DNA of 64,000 nucleotides from Candidatus Saccharibacteria bacterium UBA5150 (GCA_002413795.1 DHXS01000009.1:7820-71819); one strand, 5' to 3'. Counted from the stretch's first letter, positions 27,369 to 37,350 are shown. Notes: generated by a model from the sequence alone, not told the origin. Program-made: numbers and translations.

Positions 27369-28583
27369 TTAGCTCTGGGCGGCGGCAACAAGCTGCCTCA
27401 TTTGAGGGATGGTCAGCGCCCGCTTGTGGAATTCGTCTAGGCCTTGCTTGCGCTTCTCGGGATCGCTGACCTTGAAAAGAGGAGCCATGAGCTCGTAAGA
27501 GAATTGGTAGGTGGGTATAACTGCCCGGGCTTCTGGCAGATCGCGACTTTGTAGAATAATGGTTCTAATGCGCTCCGGTTCTTCTCGCAATAGAAGGTCT
27601 TGAGCCTCTTTAATAACCTGCTTTTCAGGCACGCCGCTGTTAATATCAATGGTTGCGTTATGGATTACCGCTGTGAATGTCTTCGCTGAAGTACGCTCCA
27701 GCTCAAAATTATTTCTCTCTTCCTCGCTTTGAGCCAGATCGGGCAGTTTATCTTCACTCGGGCCGGCTCCCCCCTCCAGTTGCACGGTTTCAGGCGATGC
27801 CATGCCGGTCAGATTAGCAGCCGGGCTCATCCTGCGACTTGCCACTGATTCTGCCCGTTCGTCGAAGTGGTCGTAGTGTTCGCCTTCATGTAAGCACCAT
27901 TGCAAAATTCTTGCCCGTGTATAGCGCCGCGAGGGATTAATGTTGGCAGTTACCTGCATATTGCCATAGTTGTCGCTGAATATATAACCAGACCAGAACA
28001 CTTTAGGAAGATTAACAGGTTTAATATCAATGTGTGGGGTTATAAGCCGAGAATGGGGCCGCAGGGCGGTTCTTGCCAAGGGCATTGCCAGCTTAAAAGC
28101 CTCTTTAATCTTCGCGGGATCCGTCAGCAGATGCTCTTCATGGTATTTCTTTACGCCCTCTTCGTCATAGCGAAGGCCAAACAACCCGAAGCGGTTATCG
28201 AGGGTGGTTAACAAAAGATCGATTTCTTTGCCGGGTACTTTTTCCGGAATGAACCCGGCGGTTGCCAGCATATATTCATCATATGGAACATTTACTCCCT
28301 GTAGCTCCAGGCTTAGAATGCTATCGGCTATCAATTGCTGTTCTATAACATCGTGGTCTGGTTCGTCAGCCGGCAGCCTTTCTTTTAGGGAATGGTACTT
28401 GCGGTCAATCTCGAGGAAACTGGAAAATTCGGTCGGGCGGAACATGCCCGAGCGGTTAATATCAACTACCAGCTGCCCGTTATGTATGTTAGGGTTAGCC
28501 TCTCGATTTTCAAGCACATACTCGTCGAAACCCTGGCGAGCACCTATAACTTCGTGCGAAAACGGTGTTCCTCTCTGTTGCAT
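27369..28583 (-). CDS. Hypothetical protein, possible zincin metallopeptidase
   Basis: HEGEH (HExxH) with downstream LEG. Confidence 0.55.
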   Translation of the reverse strand: MQQRGTPFSHEVIGARQGFDEYVLENREANPNIHNGQLVVDINRSGMFRPTEFSSFLEIDRKYHSLKERLPADEPDHDVIEQQLIADSILSLELQGVNVPYDEYMLATAGFIPEKVPGKEIDLLLTTLDNRFGLFGLRYDEEGVKKYHEEHLLTDPAKIKEAFKLAMPLARTALRPHSRLITPHIDIKPVNLPKVFWSGYIFSDNYGNMQVTANINPSRRYTRARILQWCLHEGEHYDHFDERAESVASRRMSPAANLTGMASPETVQLEGGAGPSEDKLPDLAQSEEERNNFELERTSAKTFTAVIHNATIDINSGVPEKQVIKEAQDLLLREEPERIRTIILQSRDLPEARAVIPTYQFSYELMAPLFKVSDPEKRKQGLDEFHKRALTIPQMRQLVAAAQS

Positions 28584-28670
28584 AGAAGCACAATATAACA
28601 CAAAGCCGCTGTTTTGTCTATGGTGAGCCGGGGAGGCGTATAATAATTGGTATTAACCTAGGAGGATCGT

Positions 28671-28856
28671 ATGGCAGAACCGGAAAACAATTCACCAGCA
28701 CCCCAAAAACCCGAAAAAGGCTACGGCAAGCGCCCGGTCTGGCAATGGGTAGTCATTTACCTGATCGTGGCCATAATCGTCTACGGGCTTATTTACCTGC
28801 TCTTCATCCGCAAAACCGGCGGTAGTTCGGGCTCCGGCTCCGGCGGCCTCTACTAA
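28671..28856 (+). CDS. Small single-TM protein
   Basis: AGGAGG Shine-Dalgarno; YGKRPVWQWVVIYLIVA TM segment. Confidence 0.75.
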   Translation: MAEPENNSPAPQKPEKGYGKRPVWQWVVIYLIVAIIVYGLIYLLFIRKTGGSSGSGSGGLY

Positions 28857-28871
28857 ATCTGAAGCTCGCTT

Positions 28872-29243
28872 CTAGCTGTGCTCGGAACGAGACCTTTTGA
28901 TAAGCTGGCGGCCCCAATTACGTGCCTGAGCCGGCTGAGGTACTTTTTTAGGTTGCTTCTCACGGACTGAAACTTCCGTACCGATCTGCTGGAAAGCAAC
29001 TTTAATCTTACGCGTCTCGCTGTCTAATCTAGGTCCGTCGATATGCTCGTAGCCGTAGGTTATGGTTCCGCCGTTTTTATCCTCACGGTCACCCACTTGA
29101 CTGACACCATCCAGATCTTTAACTACCGTTTGAGCTTCCTCATATGACATGGGGTTTAGTTCTATAGAGCCGTGGCCTTTACCGCCAAGATGGGTTTCTA
29201 TTGTTAGTTTTGGTTGTATTTCTGATTCTGACATGAGGGGCAT
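28872..29243 (-). CDS. Hypothetical protein
   Basis: 123-aa ORF; TTGACA-17-TATACT upstream. Confidence 0.5.
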   Translation of the reverse strand: MPLMSESEIQPKLTIETHLGGKGHGSIELNPMSYEEAQTVVKDLDGVSQVGDREDKNGGTITYGYEHIDGPRLDSETRKIKVAFQQIGTEVSVREKQPKKVPQPAQARNWGRQLIKRSRSEHS

Positions 29244-29424
29244 ATTCAGTATTGTTAATTAAGGTTAAGTATACACTTATGGACGGCATGTGTCAAGTAT
29301 TAACGGGTCATGCCCAGCGAGATATTGGGCCGGTTTAGCCAAATTTGTGAAGATTATTACTGCTGAGCGCGTCGGTCAGCAGTACTGTTAGTATTCCATT
29401 ATTAACATTAATCAGGGGGTGCCT

Positions 29425-29787
29425 ATGCCTGTAAGATTTGAAAGCTTGTTTGCAAGCGAATTAGTTAGAGAAAGCGCCGGAAGAATGCAACCTCCTGTCA
29501 TGCAACCTGAGGATGTAGTCGAGTAGCGCGATGGCCAGGAACGCCGAGCCAAGTCACGTAGAGGAATAGACATAGTCTTTGGGCAGTTTGGGCTGCATCC
29601 GGAGGGCGATGAAGCAGAAAAACGGCGACAGATAGATCTTTTTCTAGTTCTAGGCTCTACTGGCCTTGGCGTCATGCTGCCGGAAGAGGAAGAAAACCGC
29701 TTAGGTCAGGTTGACCGGCGGGCTACGCCAGACCGCAGAGGCGACGACCTGCCCCCTGAGTATGCCGGCATGGTCCCGCTTCTTTAA
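29425..29787 (+). pseudogene. 120-codon ORF interrupted by a single TAG
   Basis: GGGGG Shine-Dalgarno-like sequence, ATG 29425, TAG at 29524-29526, frame then open to TAA 29787. Confidence 0.45.
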
Positions 29788-29798
29788 TAATTTCATCT

Positions 29799-29875
29799 TG
29801 GCGGGCCCGACCGGATTCGAACCGGCGATCTCCTCCGTGACAGGGAGGCGTGATAGGCCTCTTCACTACGAGCCC
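29799..29875 (-). tRNA. tRNA-Asp(GTC)
   Basis: Anticodon loop CTGTCAC, GGTTCGAATCC, GCCA end. Confidence 0.95.
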
Positions 29876-29928
29876 ATACCTATAACAGGGGTAATCATAG
29901 CAAGTTTAAGGTTAAAGAGCAACCGAGG

Positions 29929-31023
29929 CTAGACTGTGATGTAGCGGTGAACGGGGTGTTTGGCCTGGAACGGCGCCACGTATTCGGTGATGGGCTTCAG
30001 GTTGAACTGGATGTGGGCGGCGTGGACGCTGTTGCCGGTGGCATCGATAACTTTGACGATATCCAGGCTGTAGCCGGTGTTGACTACCCCGGAGACTTGG
30101 CCGGGCTTGAGTTTGAAAATGGCGGCTGTCAGGTCGGGCGGAATTTCGCGGGTGCTGGGCGTTATAGGAGCCGGGTATTGCCCGCCGTTGGCTTTGGTAG
30201 CCGGGTCGTCCGATAATTGGGTGGCCAGAGCCGCGAAATCGGCGCCGGCTTTGACCTGGGCCAGGGCTGATTGGGCCCGCTTTTGGGCGGCCGTGTCGAG
30301 CTTGGCGGCGACGGCCTGCTGCAGCATCTGCTGTTTGAGCTCGCGCCGGAAATCGGCTTCGCTCCAGCCCCAGAATTCGCTCAGCACCTCTTTAAAAACG
30401 CGGTCATTATTGCCTAGCCGGTTTTGGCCGCGTACCAGTTTTACCTCGTCGCCGACGGCCCGGTCGCCAACGCTTACCTGATTTTTGGTAGCCAGCTGTT
30501 TAACGTAAGCGTCCTGGATAACCTGGGCCATGGCCTGTTGTTTAAGGCGTTTTAGTTGTTCCCTGCCGTCTTTGGTTCCAAAATCGGTTTGCTGCTGGGT
30601 GTGGTAGTAGTGCATGTTGCGGCGCAGTTCAAACAGATAAGCCTCGTAACGTATCCAGCCGCCGTCGGTTTTGGCGACCGGGAACGGCACGATGCGCGTT
30701 ACGTCGTAGGCAAAGGTCGAGGTGCTCTGGAATTTATACAGCGCCAGCCCGGTGACGGCGAAAAAGCCCAGGATCACCAGCAGTAGTAATAGCAGTGAAA
30801 TGCGCACCACGCTGTGCTTGGAGTGCTGGAGGGGATAAATATATTTGCGGGCGCTGGACAGCACTTCTTCGCGGTGTTCGCCGACGGTTTCATTGGTGAT
30901 CCGCGGCACCGTGCTTAGAGCCTCGGCCATCTTTTCTTCGGTCGGTTTGGCGCGCTCAAAAGGCCGCTGGACGGCCTTATGCAGTTTAAGCTTCTTGAGT
31001 TTCTTGGGCTTGGGTATCTTCAT
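29929..31023 (-). CDS. SurA/PrsA-like peptidyl-prolyl isomerase (membrane-anchored foldase)
   Basis: TM helix, SurA N-domain, FAALATQLSDD..TKANGG parvulin motif. Confidence 0.82.
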   Translation of the reverse strand: MKIPKPKKLKKLKLHKAVQRPFERAKPTEEKMAEALSTVPRITNETVGEHREEVLSSARKYIYPLQHSKHSVVRISLLLLLLVILGFFAVTGLALYKFQSTSTFAYDVTRIVPFPVAKTDGGWIRYEAYLFELRRNMHYYHTQQQTDFGTKDGREQLKRLKQQAMAQVIQDAYVKQLATKNQVSVGDRAVGDEVKLVRGQNRLGNNDRVFKEVLSEFWGWSEADFRRELKQQMLQQAVAAKLDTAAQKRAQSALAQVKAGADFAALATQLSDDPATKANGGQYPAPITPSTREIPPDLTAAIFKLKPGQVSGVVNTGYSLDIVKVIDATGNSVHAAHIQFNLKPITEYVAPFQAKHPVHRYITV

Positions 31024-31579
31024 TGTCCTTGCTTTGGTTCCTGGCTGAGCCGGCCGGATACTGATTGGTAGTGATTTCTTCATCGCGCAGAATGCCGAGG
31101 ATTCTCTTCTGGATCTGCGCCGGATGGTGCAGGTCGTGAAGGATCAGGTCTCCCACGTAGGTCTGCATCTTTATTGTACCAAATCCCAGCAGTGTTTCCT
31201 GTAGGCCGGCGACTTCATAATTAATGGCCTGAATCTGGGCCAGCCCTATGTCGGCCACCGCCCGGTGGAATAATCGCTTTTGGGTAATTTGGATGAAGCG
31301 CTGGTCGGTAACGATAAAGACGCTGAAGTACCAGCTGATCCAGCTGGGCAATAGCACCAGGGCGCCGAGCACGAAGCCGGCCGCCAGGCCGCCGAAGAAA
31401 ACGCCAAAGCCCAGGTCTGGCTTGACGGCCGCCGGCAGGACGCCTAACAGAGGTCCAAGCATGGCCAGAATCAGGCCGTTGCGCATAACTATCGGGTGGC
31501 GTCGGAACACGAACAGCACATTTTCGTCGTCGAGCTGGTCTTCAAAATATTTATCGGCTTTTTGTTTAGCTTCCGCCAT
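30986..31579 (-). CDS. Bacterial PH-domain membrane protein
   Basis: RRHP, two TM helices, IVTDQR, GFGTIKMQT. Confidence 0.75.
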   Translation of the reverse strand: MAEAKQKADKYFEDQLDDENVLFVFRRHPIVMRNGLILAMLGPLLGVLPAAVKPDLGFGVFFGGLAAGFVLGALVLLPSWISWYFSVFIVTDQRFIQITQKRLFHRAVADIGLAQIQAINYEVAGLQETLLGFGTIKMQTYVGDLILHDLHHPAQIQKRILGILRDEEITTNQYPAGSARNQSKDNEDTQAQETQEA

Positions 31580-31597
31580 ACGCTCATTTTACCATTG

Positions 31598-31672
31598 TGG
31601 CGCCCCCAGAAGGATTCGAACCTCCAGCTTCTCCTTAGGACGGAGCTATTTTATCCATTGAACTATGGGGGC
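31598..31672 (-). tRNA. tRNA-Arg(CCT)
   Basis: GCCCCCATAGTTCAATGGATA...GTCCTAA...GGTTCGAATCC...GGGGGCGCCA. Confidence 0.9.
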
Positions 31673-31721
31673 GTAATAAGTATTGTACTTTAACTTCGAT
31701 ATAAAAAATTCACTGCCCATG

Positions 31722-31763
31722 CATAAAACATACATAAGTAATGCATGATATGTATGTTTTATG
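31722..31763. repeat. 15-bp inverted repeat
   Basis: CATAAAACATACATA-N12-TATGTATGTTTTATG. Confidence 0.7.
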
Positions 31764-31822
31764 GGGCAGTTATGTATGGCTTATGTAGGTAGTCAGGAAT
31801 TTGATGTGCACAAAGCGCTGCT

Positions 31823-32287
31823 TTATGTGCGTTCTGAGTCTTCGTATATATGGACGTATTCGGACTTGTCGTAGCTGAATAATTCTTCTTCTTTGAAGAA
31901 GCTGGCGACCTCGGCTTGGCCGGTGGCGGCCGAGTCGGAAGCGTGTATCAGGTTGCGGCCGGCGCCGATGGCCAGGTCTCCCCTGATAGAACCGGGATCG
32001 GCCTGGCGCGGATTCGTAGCCCCGACCAGGTTGCGGACCGATTCCACGCACTCAAAACCTTCCCAGGCCATCAGCACAACCGGCGAACTCTTCATAAATT
32101 GTTCAAGCCCGGCGTAGAAGTCTTTGTCGACATGCTCGGCGTAGTGACTGCGCAGCATGGCCTCGTCCAGGCTGGCCATTTTCATGCCTACCAGCTTAAG
32201 GCCCTTTTGTTCGAGTCGGGAGATAATTTCGCCGATGAGGCCGCGCTGGACGGCGTCGGGTTTGGCGATAATCAGGGTTCTTTCCAT
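31823..32287 (-). CDS. ndk: Nucleoside-diphosphate kinase
   Basis: MERTLIIAKPDAVQR...PGSIRGD...NLIHASDS. Confidence 0.96.
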   Translation of the reverse strand: MERTLIIAKPDAVQRGLIGEIISRLEQKGLKLVGMKMASLDEAMLRSHYAEHVDKDFYAGLEQFMKSSPVVLMAWEGFECVESVRNLVGATNPRQADPGSIRGDLAIGAGRNLIHASDSAATGQAEVASFFKEEELFSYDKSEYVHIYEDSERT

Positions 32288-32342
32288 TAGCGAAATTATA
32301 ACAGAGACAGGCGCGGCTTCCAATATGTCGTACAATGTACTT

Positions 32343-33251
32343 ATGCTATTCGCTAAAGCCAAAACCGACTTCCTGGAATATCTGGAAATCGAGCAGAACC
32401 GCTCGCAGAAAACCATCCAGAATTATGACCATTACCTGACCCGGCTGATCGATTTTGCCGGTGATATCAAGGTGAGCGAGATTGACCCGGAGTTGATCCG
32501 CAAGTGGCGGCTGTGGCTGAACCGCCTGGGCACCAACACCTCGGACGAGCTGGGTAAGACAACTCAGAACTACCACCTGATCGCCCTGCGCAGTTTCCTT
32601 AAATATTGTGCGAAGCGCGATATCCCCGCCCTGACGGCCGATAAGATCGAGTTGGCCCGCACCAAACGCAAACAGGTAACTTTCCTGAACGAAGATGAAT
32701 TAGCCCGCATTTTTGAACAGCCGGATACCGCCAGCTTGGCCGGTTTGCGCGACCGGGCCATTCTTGAACTACTATTCAGCTCGGGCCTGCGCGTCAGCGA
32801 GCTGGTCGGGCTGGACCGCGACCATATTAACCTGAAGCGCCGCGAATTCATGGTCCGCGGCAAAGGCCAGAAAGACCGGCCGATCTTCATCAGCGCCCAG
32901 GCGGCCGACTGGATCGAACAATATCTGGGTAGGCGGCAGGACAAGGCGCGGCCTTTGTTTATTCGCTACAGCGGCACCAAGGCGGTTGATACGTCGGGCA
33001 ACTTCCAGCGGCTGACGGCCCGCAGTATCCAGCGGCTGGTAGCCCGCTATGCCCTGCTGGCCGGTATTACCAAGCATGTCAGCCCGCACACCATGCGGCA
33101 CTCCTTTGCTACCGATCTGTTAATGAACGGCGCCGATCTGCGCTCGGTGCAGGCCATGCTGGGCCACAGCAACATCGCTACCACCCAAATTTATACGCAT
33201 GTTACCGACCCGCACCTGCGGGCCATCCACGAAAAGTTTCACCGCAAGTAG
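32343..33251 (+). CDS. xerC: Chromosomal Xer-family tyrosine recombinase
   Basis: RDRAILELLFSSGLRVSEL, GKGQK, SPHTMRHSFATDLL..GADLRSVQAMLGH..TTQIYTHV. Confidence 0.85.
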   Translation: MLFAKAKTDFLEYLEIEQNRSQKTIQNYDHYLTRLIDFAGDIKVSEIDPELIRKWRLWLNRLGTNTSDELGKTTQNYHLIALRSFLKYCAKRDIPALTADKIELARTKRKQVTFLNEDELARIFEQPDTASLAGLRDRAILELLFSSGLRVSELVGLDRDHINLKRREFMVRGKGQKDRPIFISAQAADWIEQYLGRRQDKARPLFIRYSGTKAVDTSGNFQRLTARSIQRLVARYALLAGITKHVSPHTMRHSFATDLLMNGADLRSVQAMLGHSNIATTQIYTHVTDPHLRAIHEKFHRK

Positions 33252-34364
33252 TTATTGGCCCGGGCAGGCGTCAGCCGTTGAACCCGGGAAAACCTGGATC
33301 TGTTTGCAGATGTTCTGGCCGGCTTCCAGGCTGTAATCGGGGTGCAGGTAGCCGTCGCGGACCGGCAGGCGCACCTGAATACGCCTTAAAACGTCCTGCG
33401 ACTTGCCGGTTGAATCGATTAAGGTTTGGGCGTGCTTAATGGCCAGCTGGTCGGCCGCTACGGTTGAAGCATGGCCGCCGCTATCCCTGAAAACGCTGAT
33501 CGACACCTTGGAATCGTGATAAATCGACCGTAGATCCACTAATATGCTTGTGGTGTTCAGCCCGGTAATGTTCACCGCGCAATTGAGCGGTTTGCGGTCG
33601 GCCTTACAGCTGCCGGCCAGAATCGGGCCGTTGCTGTCGTTGCTTAAATAAGCTTTGTAGTTATAGGTGACGGGATCCGACGAGCTGTTGATCGGGTATA
33701 CGAAGGCTTGCATGGCAAATTTGCTGGTCAGGCCAACAGCGCCAGAGGTGGAATCCAGCGAGGTTACGCTGAACCGGAGCACGCCCGTAGCGCTGGTCCA
33801 GTCTGCCAGCGGCGGCAATTTAGTGGGGTTGGCGGTGTAGTCGCTGTTATCGGCAAAGGTAGAGCCACCATCGCGGGCTTGCCAGTTGATCTGGATGGTA
33901 CCGATAGGAGTGTCAGCCAGAGTGGACGGGTCGCCACCGGTGATGGTGGTGACTTTGGACTGGTCGTTATTGACCGAGCCGTACTCCACAGTCGGCGGAT
34001 TCGGATTAATCAACAGGCAGCTGAAAGTAGTATCAGAGTTGCCTACCTGATTACTCTTAAGAAAAGCCGCGCCGATCCTTTGATCGGCAGGCAAGGCATT
34101 GATGTCACCGTCGCTCAGCACCCCGCAGTCCTTTTTTTCGGACGTGAAGCCGGCCGTAATAGCCTTGGTAGCCGTATTAACACCTGATTCGGCGGCGTAA
34201 TAAGCCTGCTGGCTCAGTTGTTTGTCCAGAGCCTGGCGCTGGTTGTCGCGCATCAGCTGGGCAAAACCGACCGTAATCAGGCTGAGCACCACTAATAAAA
34301 CAATGGCGATAATAATCGCCGCGAAGCCCTGCTGGTTGCCAGCCATTTGACGTCTCTTAACCAT
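33252..34364 (-). CDS. PilX/PilK-like minor pilin
   Basis: QQG|FAAIII (no E5), QAYYAAESG. Confidence 0.8.
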   Translation of the reverse strand: MVKRRQMAGNQQGFAAIIIAIVLLVVLSLITVGFAQLMRDNQRQALDKQLSQQAYYAAESGVNTATKAITAGFTSEKKDCGVLSDGDINALPADQRIGAAFLKSNQVGNSDTTFSCLLINPNPPTVEYGSVNNDQSKVTTITGGDPSTLADTPIGTIQINWQARDGGSTFADNSDYTANPTKLPPLADWTSATGVLRFSVTSLDSTSGAVGLTSKFAMQAFVYPINSSSDPVTYNYKAYLSNDSNGPILAGSCKADRKPLNCAVNITGLNTTSILVDLRSIYHDSKVSISVFRDSGGHASTVAADQLAIKHAQTLIDSTGKSQDVLRRIQVRLPVRDGYLHPDYSLEAGQNICKQIQVFPGSTADACPGQ

Positions 34365-34378
34365 GAGCTTATTGTACA

Positions 34379-35110
34379 TTAATTTAGCCGCCTTGTAGCC
34401 GAGGTGGATATTTCGGACACGGCGCAGTATTGGGTGCCCCGGTCACCGCTGCAGGTGGAATGACCGGGTTGAGCGCCGCTGTCGCCCTGGGTATTAACCA
34501 GATCGTCATCGCCATAAGCCATCCAAACGTCAATATTATAGATACCGCTGGCGGCCGGTGTCTGTTCAACCTTGAATCTTGTCAGGCGGACGTTGTGCGG
34601 CACCATTTCATAACCATCCCCGGAGGACTGAGAATCATTGGGCGCGCCGGGATCTAACAACTTGAGCGGCGGGCACTTATCGGTGGTTTTCATGGTATCA
34701 CGCCATAAAACGTGGTAAGACTCGTGATAAGTGTCGTCATTACGGGGGCTATCGCTTAACTTATGGCCCAGAATATAGCTGTAGCGCACTTTGCCTATAC
34801 AGTACGAATAAACCGGTACCTCGCCGGGGGTTACTTGGGTGTAACAGGTTGTTTTGGGCGATGGCGTGCCACAGCCGCCGGCCGGTGCCTGGCCGCTAAA
34901 CTCTAATGTCCCGGTTAAATCGGCCGTTACGCTGCGGGTGGCGTCCTGAATTTTGCTGGCATTAACACCCTTACTGTATAAATTGCCGATCTGAATCAAA
35001 ATAACACTGCTCATAACCAGCAAAACCGACAGCACCGACAGGGCTATCATTAGCTCAACGATCGTAAAGCCGGCTTGTTGGCTGTTTTTGTTAGTTTTGT
35101 GGTCCCACAT
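34379..35110 (-). CDS. Type IV minor pilin
   Basis: AG|FTIVELMIAL. Confidence 0.85.
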   Translation of the reverse strand: MWDHKTNKNSQQAGFTIVELMIALSVLSVLLVMSSVILIQIGNLYSKGVNASKIQDATRSVTADLTGTLEFSGQAPAGGCGTPSPKTTCYTQVTPGEVPVYSYCIGKVRYSYILGHKLSDSPRNDDTYHESYHVLWRDTMKTTDKCPPLKLLDPGAPNDSQSSGDGYEMVPHNVRLTRFKVEQTPAASGIYNIDVWMAYGDDDLVNTQGDSGAQPGHSTCSGDRGTQYCAVSEISTSATRRLN

Positions 35111-35219
35111 AAGCGTTAGCATTCCCATCCTACTGTATAGTATCGGCCAGCTGATCACAAGAGTTACGACCCGTGTTATCGCTTGTGGTTAACCGAGATA
35201 CCGTGATACATTAGAGCGG

Positions 35220-35708
35220 ATGGCACGCAGAGGTAAACTACCTTCCCTGAAGAGGCTTAAAGAAGATCGGATGTACCGGCCGGTCTATATCGTTCTGGGC
35301 GTTATCATTATTGTTGTTTTAGTGGTTATGATTTACCCCGCTAAGAACAATTCGCCCTCCAAAAAGCTGCCCGATCAGGCTGAACTGCGCCGGCTGGCCA
35401 GTATCCCGCCCAAAGACAGCCCTACCGTCGTGGTCAGACACCTGAAAGACTACACCAACAAAGAGGTCACGCTGCGCGGCCGCTTCATCAGCATTCAAGG
35501 GATTGACCAGTACTACATTGTCGGCCTCGATAAGACCACCGCCTCTACCCTGGCCGTGGATTTTAGCAAATCCGGGCTGGACCCGACCAAATACGTTACG
35601 GTGTTGTCAAACACCGGTACCAGCGGCTCTAAAGGTCCCTACACCGTCAAAGGCCTGGTAAAAGTTACCGACAACGTGCCGGTGCTGGTCGTGGAGTCGG
35701 TCAAATAA
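35220..35708 (+). CDS. Membrane-anchored extracytoplasmic protein (OB-fold-like)
   Basis: One TM segment; paralogous to the next gene. Confidence 0.6.
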   Translation: MARRGKLPSLKRLKEDRMYRPVYIVLGVIIIVVLVVMIYPAKNNSPSKKLPDQAELRRLASIPPKDSPTVVVRHLKDYTNKEVTLRGRFISIQGIDQYYIVGLDKTTASTLAVDFSKSGLDPTKYVTVLSNTGTSGSKGPYTVKGLVKVTDNVPVLVVESVK

Positions 35709-36163
35709 TGATCAGCCGCCGCCTGGTGGTAGCTCTTATAGTGTTCATCGTGCTGGCCGTTGGTGCTTTCGCGGCGCTCAGCCTGACTCCTAAGTCTAAG
35801 CCGGCTGGCTCAACAAAAAGCACATCGAATACCATTAAATATCCTGCCCCTGTTAGTCCAACGGCCATTCTTAAGAACCACCTGCCTGAAAATATTGGCA
35901 AAAACATAGCCGTTAAGGGGTACGTTGTGTCACCGAAAGGTTCTCACAAATACTATGTTATAGACCCCGAGGATAAGCCCTCCGGCGCCCTACTGCTTGA
36001 TTTCAGTACATCGGACCTCAACCCGGATAAATACGCCAGCGTAATAGAAGCTACTTCCTCTCCCAAAAACTCCGTCTTAGCAGCCAAAGGTAAGCGCACG
36101 CTTCAAGGTGTGCTGCAATCAGAAACTAACAGCCCGGCCCTTCTGGTCAGATCTATATACTAG
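35708..36163 (+). CDS. Membrane-anchored extracytoplasmic protein (OB-fold-like)
   Basis: N-terminal TM; shares SPT..HL..K.V.G..YY..DFS.S.L.P.KY with the upstream gene. Confidence 0.6.
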   Translation: MISRRLVVALIVFIVLAVGAFAALSLTPKSKPAGSTKSTSNTIKYPAPVSPTAILKNHLPENIGKNIAVKGYVVSPKGSHKYYVIDPEDKPSGALLLDFSTSDLNPDKYASVIEATSSPKNSVLAAKGKRTLQGVLQSETNSPALLVRSIY

Positions 36164-37350
36164 TGCCGCAACCATGAGTCGGGGAACTCGGCTGGTCCGG
36201 ACGCGCCGGTGTAAACAAATGAGCCGAAGGGATAGAAACCGTTGTAGTAAGAGTACATGAGCCGGACCGGTTCGGTCTGGCCGGCTTGATGGTTGACCCT
36301 GGTAACTATTCTTAGAGTTTGCCAGCCATTGAAGCCAAAGTTGAGCTGGGCCGATGTATTGGTGCGAGTATCGATAATCTTATTACCGTTCAAAAATACT
36401 AGAGTTTGATTTCTGGGACTGGCATCAACCAGGTAAAGGGTCCAGCCTAAGTAGCTCCAGCCGGCACCATGAATCCAACACTGATAGTCGAGTGCGCAGT
36501 CGGCCATGTACACCTGGCCGTTCCATTCAACATAGGCATAGTCCGTAGTCGCGGCGTTCAGACCAACTCGTCTGGTAAGGGTGCTGGTGAAGTCGGGGTA
36601 CGAGCTTTCGCCGTTACCGATGTTTAAACCGATGTTTTTGTCGATAACCTGCATCTTGAAATCGGCCGTGCCATTTAGCGGATCGGGATCCCTTGCGGTT
36701 CCATGGTAGTAATTACCAATTAGGCCGGAGGGACAGTTGGGCGTACTGGTGGAGGGACAGGTGGTTACGTTCGGTGGTGGAGCGGCGGGCGCAATACCGC
36801 CGCCGGCATCAGAATTACCACCTGTAGGCTGGCCGTTGGCGATGGTGATATTGTTGTTGGTCGGGGAAACAGTGTAGAGACGGTAGTTCAGCGACTCCTG
36901 CTGAGCACCTAAGGTGCCTAAACCGGGCCAGCGCATCTTAACGGTGAAAAGGCCGCTGCCATCATAGGTAATGCTCTGGTAATACAGGCCGTTAACGACA
37001 CAAGCGCCGTAATTCGCGGCCGTCAGTTCATTCAAGTTTTCCTGGGACGCCGGTTTAAAACCGCTTAGGGTCACTAGATTGTGGGAGGAATCGAAGCAGA
37101 AGGCACTGGTAGTTTGCAGCACGCCGGCATTGGAGGCCGCGACGGCTGTCCTGACCTGCTCTATCTGGGAAGCCATCAGACTCAGGGCCTGGGAGTGCTC
37201 CTCGGCGGCCTGCGAGGTCTGCAGGCCCCTGTTAGCCGTGGCATAGGCTATGCTTAGGCCCAGGCCCAGCACCGCCAGTACGATCAGCACTTCAATAATG
37301 GTGTCGCCGGCCGATTTACGGGCGGGACTTTTGCGAAACAGATTGATCAT
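36160..37350 (-). CDS. Minor pilin with extra C-terminal (PA14-like) domain
   Basis: AG|DTIIEVL; C-terminal GLIGNYY...VEWNGQV...PDSWLRH. Confidence 0.75.
   Translation of the reverse strand: MINLFRKSPARKSAGDTIIEVLIVLAVLGLGLSIAYATANRGLQTSQAAEEHSQALSLMASQIEQVRTAVAASNAGVLQTTSAFCFDSSHNLVTLSGFKPASQENLNELTAANYGACVVNGLYYQSITYDGSGLFTVKMRWPGLGTLGAQQESLNYRLYTVSPTNNNITIANGQPTGGNSDAGGGIAPAAPPPNVTTCPSTSTPNCPSGLIGNYYHGTARDPDPLNGTADFKMQVIDKNIGLNIGNGESSYPDFTSTLTRRVGLNAATTDYAYVEWNGQVYMADCALDYQCWIHGAGWSYLGWTLYLVDASPRNQTLVFLNGNKIIDTRTNTSAQLNFGFNGWQTLRIVTRVNHQAGQTEPVRLMYSYYNGFYPFGSFVYTGASGPAEFPDSWLRH

Noticed and set aside
32157..32416. Long overlapping N-terminal extensions of ndk and xer in the ORF track
   Set aside because: Homology starts at 32287 and 32343, each with its own -10 element.
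32343..33251. xer gene as a mobile-element integrase
   Set aside because: Host-like composition, housekeeping neighbours and no att repeats seen.
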